This document shows positions 40,036 through 51,894 of a DNA stretch of 64,000 bases, one piece after another (within the stretch, counting starts at the first letter, position 1; each line of letters starts with the position of its first letter). Source of the DNA: Octopus vulgaris (Eukaryota); contig OX597819.1 in NCBI GenBank assembly GCA_951406725.2, forward strand, positions 86,738,001-86,802,000. Reading direction: 5' to 3'. The translations under genes and the position numbers were made by a program. The notes below the pieces were generated by a model that did not search any database, was not told where the DNA came from, and saw only the letters and a list, made by a program, of their open reading frames with translations.

Positions 40036-40251
40036 TGGATCCTGTTAAATTCTTTCCAACCACTAGAATTTTCTAAAATAACCACCAGAATATTTTCAAA
40101 TTTTCTACACTGATGTAGTTTTGCATGCTGATGATCAAGATCATATTCATTCTCTCAGCAAGCAAAACTGCATCAAAACTATATATGTAAAAAAAAAAAT
40201 ACGGTGAAAATATGAAATACTTAAGGTGGTTGGAAGAAATTTAATAAGATC
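40036..40251. mobile_element. Decayed MITE (imperfect inverted repeat)
   Basis: ggatcctgttaaattctttccaaccac versus gtggttggaagaaatttaataagatcc; inner pair gatgtagttttgcatgctga / tcagcaagcaaaactgcatc. Confidence 0.6.
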
Positions 40252-40829
40252 CAGTTGTGCTCATGACTATTCTAGGAATTTCTAGACAGGCTTAGAATGA
40301 TTTAAATGGCCATTTGGTCTGTGTTTACCGAAGAAGCATAGATGAGATAAGAGGAGAATTCTAGAGAATTGCAGTTACTGAAAGAGTAAGCCGGACGAAA
40401 TATTTGAGAAAAAGAGAGAGAGGGGGGAGGAAAGAATAGGAAGGGTAGAAATAAAGATTGAAAATTAAAAAAAAAAAGGTTTATTGTTCAAATGAATAAG
40501 TCAAAATATGTTGAATTTCTGAGACAGGTTTATTACCACTTTTTAAAGAGAATGTTTTGGAATGATATATCTTCCTTTAAAACTCTAACATTTAGCACGA
40601 CAGGTTTTATTTCAAGTATGGAATATAAACTAGAAATGATGGAAAACGAACTATATACATGCATTTTAGATTCACCGTGTCTAATAATATCAATGAAAGA
40701 ACATTTATTTTTGATTCAGGTTTTGTTATCGCTTTATCCTGAATTTTATCATGGCAGAGAAAATAGAAGTTTTAAATATAGCAATTCAGTTACATACACC
40801 ACAAACACCATAACATGCCTGTATGCAAA

Positions 40830-40875
<46 letters not shown>

Positions 40876-40878
<3 letters not shown>

Positions 40879-41515
40879 TCATCATCATCATCATCATCCT
40901 TTAACGTCCGCTTTCCATGATAGCATGGGTTGGACGATTTTGACTGAGGACTAGCGAGACAGATGGCTGCACCAGGCTCCAATCTTGATCTGGCAGAGTT
41001 TCTACAGCTGGATGCCCTTCCTAACGCCAACAACTCCGAGAGTGTAGTGGGTACTTTTTACGTGCCACCGACACTGGCAACGACCTCGCTCGAATCTTTT
41101 TACACGTGCCACCGGCACAGGTGCCAGTGAAGCGACGTTGGTGACGATCACACTCGAATCGTTCCCTTTTACGTGCCACGGGTACGGAAGCCAGTTGGCT
41201 GCTCTGGCAACGATCACGCTCGGATGGTGCTCTTGGCACCCTACTAGCACAGGCATAAGTGCCAGTAAGGTGACGCTGGTAACGATCATACTCGAATAGC
41301 CGCTCTGTCAACGATCACACTCGTATGGTGCTCTTTGCACCCCGCTAACACGAATGCCAGTCATCGAATTGATTTTGATTTTGATTTCACTTGCCTAAAC
41401 AGGTCTTCGCAAGCAGAGTTTAGTGACCAAAGAAGGAAAGGTACGCATTAGCGGGCTGGTTACGCTCCTGGTATAGGCCACAGGTTATGGCCTCATTTGG
41501 CTTGCCGGGTTCTCA
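40876..41515 (-). mobile_element. SINE with (GAT)n tail and internal ~60-bp tandem repeats
   Basis: tttaacgtccgctttccatg...ctggatgcccttcctaacgcc; related copies at 44095-44790, 54255-54396 and 54744-55060. Confidence 0.8.
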
Positions 41516-41611
41516 GTTAATTAATGACAGAGGAATAAAAGCCACGTAATCAACAACATTAGTTTAATGGTGTATCTGTTATTAGTATCGTCATACCTAA
41601 GCGAATTAATG

Positions 41612-41718
<107 letters not shown>

Positions 41719-42359
41719 TATATATATAAAGATCAAACAGCCTACCCGAGTCATACACTCATTCGGACAGTTTCATGGATTCTGTAGCGTGTAAGAATCG
41801 AAACCACAATCTTACGATCATGGGCGCAACACCTTAACCACTAAGCCGCATGCACTTATGTGTGTGTGTATGTATATATATATATTTCCACACACACATA
41901 CATACACACACGAACTGGGACTGAACACAGAACCGTGTAATTGGGAACCAAACTTCTTAACATATAGCCTCACACACACACAAAGCACACACGCGCAACA
42001 CACATATATACACACTCACGCACTTGCATACACTTACGTAGCTGCAACCCGCGCATATGTGCATCATATGGAGATATATAAATATGTGACCATACGTATA
42101 TGCTTTTATTAATAGGTCAACCTTCACGGAACGTTCTACATGCGAATTACACACAAACGCTTGAGGCTCGACTCACATATGCAATATAGCGGGTTGAGAA
42201 AACTGTGATAAATTAAGAATTATCTTTAGAATTTGTAAATGTATATCAATCTCAGTGTTCTTCAAAGCCTTAAGAAAAAGAGCCTCGCCGCCAAGCGTTC
42301 AAGGGAGGTAATACCAGAAGTCTATGCTAATGCTAAAATGTTGGAAAAGGAAGACGATG

Positions 42360-42396
<37 letters not shown>

Positions 42397-42400
42397 TATA

Positions 42401-42687
42401 CAGGGTACTACTATTCATAGATACCGCACGCTAGGAGGGACCCTTGCGGTCAAAACTACTAAAATAAACAAATTGTACCAAATGCAAAACTTCAAAGCAA
42501 GTCATTTAAAAAAAGAAGTTAGTTACATATCACCTGTGATTTCGCAATTAATGCAGAATATGTAACTAAATTCTTTTTTTAAATGACTTGCTTTGAAGTT
42601 TTGCATTCGGTACAATTTGTTTATTTTAGTAGTTTTGAGCGCAAGGGTCCCTCCTAGCGTGCGGTATCTATGAATAGTAGTACCCTC
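42401..42687. mobile_element. Tc1/mariner-type foldback MITE (~130-bp arms), TA flanks
   Basis: TA-CAGGGTACTAC...GTAGTACCCTC-TA; arms 42401-42530 and 42558-42687. Confidence 0.85.
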
Positions 42688-42816
42688 TATATAATATAAA
42701 TAAATATTTTCAAAGTGGAAAAATTTACGATTTTTCTCTTACGAGGTTTTTCACGCTAACTACTGATAATTTCTTATAAAGATTTTATCCTCAATTTTAA
42801 ATATATATATACATAT

Positions 42817-42847
<31 letters not shown>

Positions 42848-42917
42848 TATATATACACACACACGCACACATATATATATACACACACACATATATATAT
42901 ATACACACACACACACA

Positions 42918-42964
<47 letters not shown>

Positions 42965-43098
42965 ACACACATATATATATATACACACACACACACATAT
43001 ATACATGTGTGTATGCATGTATATATATATGTGTGTGTGTGTGTGTATAATCCAATGGAAGCATTTTATATGAAGAGATATTTTCACTTGGAATGAAA

Positions 43099-43158
43099 CT
43101 ATTTTTGATCTAAAACATTTCCTGATTCTTTTTCCTCATCCTTTTCATCTTCATTCAT
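43099..43158 (-). CDS. Candidate alternative terminal exon (MNEDEKDEEKESGNVLDQK*)
   Basis: tttttgcag acceptor, open phase-0 acidic frame ending in TAG; linkage to the upstream gene is inferred. Confidence 0.35.
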   Translation of the reverse strand: MNEDEKDEEKESGNVLDQK

Positions 43159-43910
43159 CTGCAAAAATCATCATCATCATCGTCGTTGTCGTCATTATCA
43201 TCACCATTTTCTTCATTATCATCATCAAGGCAATTCCAAACCAGCCTACTTCAATCCCACCAATGTTATCATTACCCAAAGCCTAAAGTGATGCCCAATA
43301 GGAACAACCCCATAATGGTCCATACCTTCAGGCTTTCTATTATTTAAATGACAGGACATTAAGGCACAATAAGTAATGTGTGAAAAATAACTCAACTAAA
43401 TTTCAGTTTTGTAGTAAACTATTTGCAAGGCCAATCCTTAGAATTATTTAAGTATGATCTGGTTTATCCTTATTATTATTATTTATTATTAATTTCATTT
43501 CCTTTGTACTAAATAAACAATAAACAATATAAGCATAGTACTTACTTATAAGTACTGCAACAAGTGATGTGCAAACTTGCAACACTTTTTAATTTATTTT
43601 TTCTGAATTGTTTGTTATAAGGGATAAATTCAAACTGTTGGTGAACAATTTTTGAAAATTGAAATTCTACAGAAGAAATATTATTTGTACCAAAACAAAA
43701 TCATCTTTTATTCCATTATTGGTTTCTAGCCTTGAGATACATCATAACATTTCAACATCATGGCTTAAAATGCAATATCTTTCTTATTGTTGTCTACTTG
43801 TCACTTTGTTTACATTTTAAAACATTTTCTCCGGCTTACGATGACAGCAAAAGACTTTTATCAAGTTATCAAAATAAAATTTTGGAGTGTTTTATGACAA
43901 TTAACCTTAC

Positions 43911-43925
43911 TTCTGCCAGTTTTGC
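43911..43925 (-). CDS. Candidate 15-nt microexon (AKLAE)
   Basis: atatttctcag|GCAAAACTGGCAGAA|gtaagg, phase 0-0. Confidence 0.35.
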
Positions 43926-44094
43926 CTGAGAAATATAAACTGAAGATTAATTAATAGCAATATCAATACCGACTGGCAGTGGCTACCACATAACTGTTAC
44001 TAACCCACCACAAAGGGAACCATGGAGGTTGCTCCATGTTGCAGTTGTAGGATTTCAAATTTGCTCAATTCCCAAATTGAAAATATATTAATAG

Positions 44095-44790
44095 CCAGTA
44101 CCGCATCGACTGGCCTCCGTGCTGTGGGCAAGTAACAAACACCATGCGTCGGTGGCACATAAAAACACCATCCGAAGACCCGGCAAGACTAGTCAGGCCA
44201 TAACCCGTGGCCCCTACCTGGGACGTAGTCAGTCCACCTGTGCATACCTTCCTTCTTGTGACACTTGTGAAGACCTGTTGAGGCAAGTGAAAATCAATCA
44301 AAACAAATCAAAATAGATGAACATCAATGGAATTTGTATCTTGTGGTACCAGTGCCGGTGGCACACAAGAAAACCATCCGAACGTGGCCGTAGCCAGTAC
44401 CGCATCGACTGGCCTCCGTGCTGCGGGCACGTAACAAACACCATCCGATCGTGGCCGTTCGCCAGCCTCATCTGGCACCTGTGTCGGTGGCACATAAAAA
44501 CACCATCCGAGCGTGGCCGTCTGCCAGCCTCGTCTGGCACCTGTGTCGGTGGCACATAAAAAACACCATCCGAGCGTGGCCGTTCGCCAGCCTCGTCTGG
44601 CACCTGTGTCGGTGGCACATAAAATCACCCACTACACTCTCGGAGTGGTTGGCATTAGGAAGGGCATCCAGCCGTAGAAACACTGCCAGATCTGACTGGC
44701 CTGGTGCAGCCTTCGGGCTCCCCAGACCCCAGTTGAACCGTCAAACCCATGCTAGCATGGAAAACGGACGCTAAATGAATGATGATGATC
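44095..44790 (+). mobile_element. (GAT)n-tailed SINE with internal tandem repeats
   Basis: 3 copies of the ~61-bp unit aacaccatccga.cgtggccgt...ggtggcacataaaa. Confidence 0.8.
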
Positions 44791-46458
44791 GGCATTATAA
44801 TAATACTTGTTTCAAATTTTGGTGCAAGGCCAGCAAGTTGGGGAGAGGGAGCAAACCATTACATCAACCCCAGTACTAATCTGGTACTTATTTTATCAAC
44901 CCTGAAAGGATGAAAGGCAAAACCGACCTTGGTGGAATTTGAACCCAGAACATAAAAATGGATGAAACGCCACTAAGCATTTTGCTCAGCATACAAACAA
45001 CTCTGCCAGCTTGCCACCTTCAGCATTATAATAATATTGATTTCAAAGTTTGACACTAGGCCAGCAAGTTCAGGAGAGGGGGTAAATCAATTATCTCAAC
45101 CCCAGTACTCAACTGGTACTTATTTTATTAACCTGGAAAGGATGAAAAGCAAAGTCGACCCCAGCAGAATTTGAACTCAGAAAATTAAAATGGATGAAAT
45201 GCTACAAAGTATTTTTCTAGCACACTAACGATTCTGCCAGCTTGCCACCTTCATCACTACAATAATATCAATAATAATATTTTAGAATTATTATTGATAT
45301 TCTTGTTGTACATGTATCTTTTATCGTTTACTTCTTCCAGCCATTGGACTGAGGGTTTTAATTGAACAAACCAATCCCTGTACATTTTAAAGTCTGGTAC
45401 TTATTCTCTTGGTTCCTTGTGTTGAACTGCTAAGTTAGGGGAACATAAACAAAACAACACCTGTTGTCGAGCAGTTTTGGGAGACAAACTCAAACACATA
45501 CATACATATATACAGACAGACAGGCAGACAAACATACAAACATATGCACATACACACACAATGGGCTTCTACAGTTTTAATAATCAAATTTACTCATAAA
45601 GCATTGTTTGGCCTGGGGCTATAATAAAAGACTCTTGATTGGCCCAAGGTGCTGCACAGTGGGACAGAACCCCAAACCATCTGCTTACAAAGCAAGCTTC
45701 TTAATCACACAGTGATGCTTGTTTATGTTTTTTTTTTCTCAATTATTATCGACCTTCTTTTGGTGGAGTCCCAGATTTATCTACACACTTAAAATCATGT
45801 TAAATCCCCCACCAGAAAAATATCTCAGTCATTCCTCCTTGCCTTGGCACCCTAACCATGTATCAATTTTACTTAACAGCTTATTGAGCCAGGTATCCAA
45901 CCCTACCAGCACTATTCATTTGATTACAACTAGCTGTCTCTTGCAAATGGGCATGGTTTGATAATGTATATTATACCATGCTTTTGCTAATTATTTTGAG
46001 CACCCTTCAGTCTTGGACCAGCAGAACAAAATGTAATGGCTGGAAAGAGAGAGAAAATTAAAACAGCATTCTGTTTGTATTTATTGCAACTGAGTTGACA
46101 AGAGCAGTATGAGATGAAGTCGCATGTACTGCCTGGTTCAGGAACTGAACACATGGTTCAGATAATCTAGCCAATGGTTAGATTATTAGGCCATGTGTGT
46201 TCTCACATACCAGCAGAAAATTTATACATGTGAACCTGCAAAGCAGTTCTAAAGGTAAATTTGCATTAAGAGAAAAAGAAAATTACATGAATAAATAAAT
46301 AGTTTTGCACCACACATGATGACCAAAAATAGAATAATTGTTTGGGTGGAAGACATACTTTTTTCCTTTGATTTACAGACATGATGTTATTTTATATATT
46401 GTATTTATTCAGCTTAGCAAAAAGTTTAAAAGGAAGAGCAATACACTTGGTTTAATAA

Positions 46459-46552
<94 letters not shown>

Positions 46553-46578
46553 GTGTGTGTGCGTGTGTGTGAGCTCAC

Positions 46579-46642
46579 TGTTTCAGTAACTCTTTGCATT
46601 TTTCTTATAATGAAAGAGATGGCTTCTTGGAAATATACTGTA
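46579..46642 (-). CDS. Candidate exon (TVYFQEAISFIIRKMQRVTET)
   Basis: Strong gtgagc donor and an open frame; acceptor position uncertain. Confidence 0.3.
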
Positions 46643-46947
46643 CTATATTTTCAGGGCTTTAGTTAATAACATTCAAAAGTTACATAGGTTTGGATTTTTG
46701 CATAAATGTAAGTACTGATGTCATGTAATTGTGCTGTTTTCTTTCTGTAGAAGTACTGAACTCTTAGGTGAACCTTTATTGTTGAATACTTCTAATACTT
46801 CTAAAAGTATCAATGTACAAACTTTAAAACAGAGCATACAAGTCATGCTGCTCCTAATCCAAAGCACAAAATCATGCCATCAATACTCTTCATCAGAACC
46901 AAATTGTATTATAGATATATATAAATGTCTATCTATCTATCTATCTT

Positions 46948-47010
<63 letters not shown>

Positions 47011-47085
47011 GGATGTTATATGTAAATAAATGACTGTGTTTCTATGTTTGGGAGTCTGCAACACACACATACACTTAAATATATT

Positions 47086-47124
<39 letters not shown>

Positions 47125-47127
<3 letters not shown>

Positions 47128-47740
47128 ACAATAAATGGAACAAGAACGTAACAGGCGACAACAAAACATCTGGGCCATACAAAGCAAGGCAGGAAAATCA
47201 AGGATGGATCATTCAGAGCTTTCTATCATTAGTCGAGTTCCAGATCATCCCTGCAGTTTCGTCCGGTTACACTCGAGACTGCTCCAGTCTGGCCAGTCCC
47301 AAGAAAATCTAAGCTAAGAGCACTAGATTCTTTGGAAGAAAGCAGGCGAATGTGTACGAAAACAAGGGCAAAAAAATGGAGAAATGGTACACAATTACAA
47401 ATATAAACAAGACATTAAAAACAGGTGTTTTTCAACTAAGGACGAATTTAATTAAGCTGGCGTGTGTAGTTTGAAACCTTACAGCAGGAACATAAGAGAT
47501 GAAAGTCATGGGAAGGAATATAAAAGATGCTACACAGATAGAAGTTGAACCAAGAAAGAAAGGCCAGGCTTAGCAGAGCACTGGTCACGTGGAAGAAGAG
47601 GAGAGAGGTAGGGGTAGAGGGATTGAAGAATTAGGAAGGGACAAGAAAGTGAAGAAAAGAAAGGAAAGAGACATAGAGAAAGGTACAAGGGAGGTAAAAG
47701 AGGAGGGAAAGTGATGAGAATGAAGGGAAGGCCAAGAAAT
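47125..47740 (-). mobile_element. Probable PLE-like terminal fragment
   Basis: Purine-rich tract plus a conserved-looking end abutting (TA)n, organised like 540-1190. Confidence 0.4.
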
Positions 47741-47965
47741 TATAGTATTTAGTTTTCACTTAATGTATATTATGTATTATATATATATATTAGTTTTAAA
47801 TATTTTAATTAATTGTATCTGAAGATCTGAGAGTTTTGTGTGTTGTCCAGTGGCAACACATGAAACTCTCAGACCTTGAGTCATGCTGTTACTTCTGCTA
47901 CATATTAATAAAAATATACACATACTCATATTTTGGGTTCTATTTTTCCTCTTTACACCAACGTA

Positions 47966-48029
<64 letters not shown>

Positions 48030-48455
48030 CATAGGAGTGGGTGTGTGGTAAGTAGCTTGCTTACCAACCACATGGTTCCAGGTTCAGTCCCACTGCATGG
48101 CACCTTGGGCAAGTGTTTTCTACTATCGCCTCAGGCCTACCAAAGCCTTGTGAGTGGATTTGGTAGGTGGAAACTGAAAGAAGCCCGTTGTATATATGTA
48201 TATATATGTATGTATATGTATATGTGTGTATATATTTGTGTGTCTGTGATTGTGCCCCCAACATCACTTGACAACTGATGCTGGTGTATTTACGTCCCCA
48301 TAACTTAGTGGTTCGGCAAAGGAGCTGATAGAATAAGTACTAGGCTTACAAACGATTTGCTTGACTAAAAGCACCAGTGACTACCGCTGAGTGAACTGGA
48401 GCAACATGAAATAAAATGTCTTTATCAAGAGCGTAACACATAGCCCAGACCAGGA

Positions 48456-48497
<42 letters not shown>

Positions 48498-48752
48498 TAT
48501 GTATGCATGAATTCACCCACCCATTTGTATGCACACATGCAAATATGTATACATATATGCATTCATGTTGGAAAATTGGATTAATTGCACTGAGAATTAG
48601 AACGTATCAATATGTTTAAACATTAAGAATACTGGCAAAGTATGCCAATAAAAAAAAAAACAGCTGTTGTATACAGACACCATTATTCTCAGGTTTGGGG
48701 GACAATAGTCATGCACTTTTATATAAATCAGCTGCCCATTTGAAGTAAATGT

Positions 48753-48758
48753 TTTATT
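48753..48758 (-). terminator. Candidate polyadenylation signal AATAAA
   Basis: Lies ~110 nt downstream of the TAG at 48869 on the minus strand. Confidence 0.4.
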
Positions 48759-48868
48759 GAAATTTGTGGGAAAAAAAGGAACATTTATGGTGTGTTAATT
48801 TGGAACTTGCAGCTGTTGAATTCAGGTAATAGATTTTCATTTGTAACAGTTATCAGAGATGCACTGGG

Positions 48869-48898
48869 CTATAAACCAACAGCTTCGCTAATGTTTTC
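48869..48898 (-). CDS. Unknown gene, exon 10 / terminal (ENISEAVGL*)
   Basis: ttttttttctttag acceptor; phase 0 matches the previous exon. Confidence 0.55.
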   Translation of the reverse strand, partial: ENISEAVGL

Positions 48899-49104
48899 CT
48901 AAAGAAAAAAAACAAAAAGCAAAAATGAGAGGGTGCAGGCATAGCTGTGTAGTTAGAGGTTTGCTTCCTAGCCACATTGTTCTGGGTTCAGTCTCAGTGC
49001 TTGGCACCTTGGGCAAGTGTCTTCTTCTTCTATAGCCTTGGGCTGACCAAAGCCTTGTGAATGGATTTGATGACTGGAAACTGAAAGAAGCCCATCATGA
49101 ACAT

Positions 49105-49203
<99 letters not shown>

Positions 49204-49258
49204 CAATAAAATGTACAATACTGTGCATCAGTATGACGAAGGCATCCCACTGAAGTAC

Positions 49259-49325
49259 CTGACCTTGGCAAATATATTTTGTTTGTTTGCTAAAAATAGG
49301 TAGAAACCGTCGGTCTGGGATATAG
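49259..49325 (-). CDS. Unknown gene, exon 9 (YIPDRRFLPIFSKQTKYICQGQ)
   Basis: catctcag / gtactt; 67 nt, phase 2-0. Confidence 0.65.
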
Positions 49326-49541
49326 CTGAGATGGTAAATGTTTTTAATTTTCATTCCTTTCATGAATTTATTCCTTTTTCTGTTCTAGCACAATGCTTCC
49401 TCATTTGGAAGCCTTTTATTGTATTTCTATATGAATAATATATAGTCTAATGACTAATTCGTCTTTTGTGCTAGGCCACTGGTAATAATAATTTATTATT
49501 GTTACCCTATTTTATTATATTTATATATATATATACATACA

Positions 49542-49577
<36 letters not shown>

Positions 49578-49962
49578 GGTGCAGGTGTTGCTGTGTTGTA
49601 AGAAACTTGCATCCCAATTGCATGGTTCTCGGTTCACTCCCACTGCATAGCACCTTCGGCAAGTGTCTTCTACTAAAGCTTCAGGCCAACCAAAGTCTTG
49701 TGAGTATATTGGTAGAAGGAAACTGAAAGAATCCTGTTGCACATGTGTGTGTATGTATATATGTATGTGTGTGTGTGTTCGTATTTTTACCCCTGTATCA
49801 CTTGGCAACCCAGTGTTTGCATCCTTGTAACTTAGTGGCTCAGCAAAAGAATGCCATAAAATAAATGTCAGTTAGCTCAACTACAAATACTGCAAGGTGG
49901 TGCCCCAGCATGGCCACAGTCTAATGACTGTAACAAGGTAAGAGAAGTAATCAATCTTTGAC

Positions 49963-50015
49963 CTGTGGTAATGTGAAGATTTGCAAAACTTTTGAAATAT
50001 TTTCAATTGGATTTT
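49963..50015 (-). CDS. Unknown gene, exon 8 (KIQLKIFQKFCKSSHYHS)
   Basis: Poly-T-ag acceptor / gtcaaa; 53 nt, phase 0-2. Confidence 0.7.
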
Positions 50016-50135
50016 CTAAAAAAAAAAAAAACCAAAACACATGCACTGAACAACCTATGTGTACATAGCAAATGCATACACACATAAAGAATAATTGCAC
50101 ACTTTCATATTCCAAAGAGAATTGCAGACTATTAC

Positions 50136-50210
50136 ATGAGAGTAGATATCTTTCCATGGTAGTTTCTTGTAGTCTGAGAAAAATGATTCAGCAATTTCTT
50201 GCTGAACAAC
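50136..50210 (-). CDS. Unknown gene, exon 7 (VVQQEIAESFFSDYKKLPWKDIYSH)
   Basis: tttgtgcag / gtaata; 75 nt, phase 0-0. Confidence 0.72.
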
Positions 50211-50387
50211 CTGCACAAATGATTCATTTATAGTAAGTTAGCTTACCAACCGAATGGTTACGGGTTCAGTCCCACTGCATGAAACCTTGGGCAAGTGTCT
50301 TCTACTATAGCCTTGGGCTAACCAAAGCCTTGTAAGTGGATTTGGTAGATGTAAACTGAAATGAGCCTGTCGTATATATGTATGTGC

Positions 50388-50446
<59 letters not shown>

Positions 50447-51475
50447 TGTATGGCTGTGTTTGTCCCCCCAACATCACTTGACAACCGATGGTGGTGTGTT
50501 TATGTCCCCGTAACTTAGTGATTTGACAGAAGAGACCGATAGAACAAGTACTAGGCTTACAAAGAATAAGTCCTAGGGTTGATTTACTCGACTAAAGGTG
50601 GTATCTACCATGGCCGCAGTCAAATGACTGAAACAAATTTAAAAAAAAAGTTTATGCTGTACATTAGCTCATTCTTTCCATTGAATCAACACTACCTGAA
50701 CAGGTGCATGGTGTACCACATTTCAGGTGTCAAAGTGATCACAGAGTAACACATGAAATGAAATATTTAGCTCAAGAACACCTGGTCCAGGAATTGAAAC
50801 CACAATCTCACAGTTGTGAGTGCAGCACCCTAACCACTAAGTCATGTGTCTTCTCACATTTACATATATGTACATATTAATTTGCGTCTTTTATGTTTTA
50901 AGTTTTACTTGTTACAGTCACTGGGCTGTAGCCATGCTGTTGCACTACTTTCAAGGGCTTAGATGGTCAAACTGACTAATCTAGAAGTCAACACAAGTCA
51001 AACAAATTGACTTCATTTTAAGTCTGGTACCTATTCTATTGGTCTCTTTTGTTGAATTGTTAAGGTATATGAATGTAAATATGCCAACACTAGTTGCCAA
51101 GTGGTGGTAGGGGACAAATACACCATAAAAAGCAAATACGAATGCACGCACACACATACACACTCATACACACACCAGATGTCTTCAGTTTCTATCAACC
51201 AAATTCACCTACAAGGCATTGTTTGGCTCAGGGCTATAGTAGAAGATGCTTGCCCAAAGTGACATGCAGTGAAATTGAACCTGAAACCAATTTCTTCCAA
51301 AGCATGCTTCTCAACAAAATCCTTGAAATTGTTTTGAACTAGACAGAAAGCCTACCCTCTTTGTTAGGGACCAGTTTGAATTCTATGAAGATAAATAAAT
51401 CTAAAAAATATATATATATATACATACATAGAGGTGAGAAAGTCTTTATTACATTTTACTATTTTACCATTTTAC

Positions 51476-51558
51476 TTTGAGGGTTTTCTTCTGAGCTTCT
51501 TCAGTCTCAAAGTAATTTGCATCAATTGGTACAAAGTGAAGAAAAGGGATAAAATGAT
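51476..51558 (-). CDS. Unknown gene, exon 6 (HFIPFLHFVPIDANYFETEEAQKKTLK)
   Basis: ccacag / gtaaaa; 83 nt, phase 1-0. Confidence 0.7.
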
Positions 51559-51894
51559 CTGTGGTATTTAGAATTAAATGACCCTTATATGACATAGTGG
51601 TTATGGAGATATGAACTGGTACCCATCATATTTAGCTACTTGATTGTGTTCTGCTCCATATGTCTTTGTTTTCATGGTTCTTGAATACACACACACACAC
51701 GCACACTCTCTCTCTCTTTCTCTCAGTATATACTTATGTATATATCCTTTGTACTAGAGACACAAGGCCTGAAATTTTGTAGGAGGGGTAAGTCAATTAC
51801 ATTACACTCCCAGTGCATAACTGGTACTTATTTAATCAATCCTGAAAGGATGGAAGGCTAAGTTGACTTTGTATATATATATATATATATATAT

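Noticed and set aside
40492-40920. 142-aa ORF
   Set aside because: AT-rich, no motif, and it runs into (TA)n and a SINE; probably chance.
44430-44625. ~61-bp regularly spaced repeats resembling a CRISPR array (also 41060-41340)
   Set aside because: Whole units repeat without unique spacers; they are SINE-internal repeats in eukaryotic DNA.
47818-47875. CTGAAGA...GAAAC around a ~48-nt hairpin
   Set aside because: The hairpin is real but its geometry sequesters the GAAA; not a canonical hammerhead.
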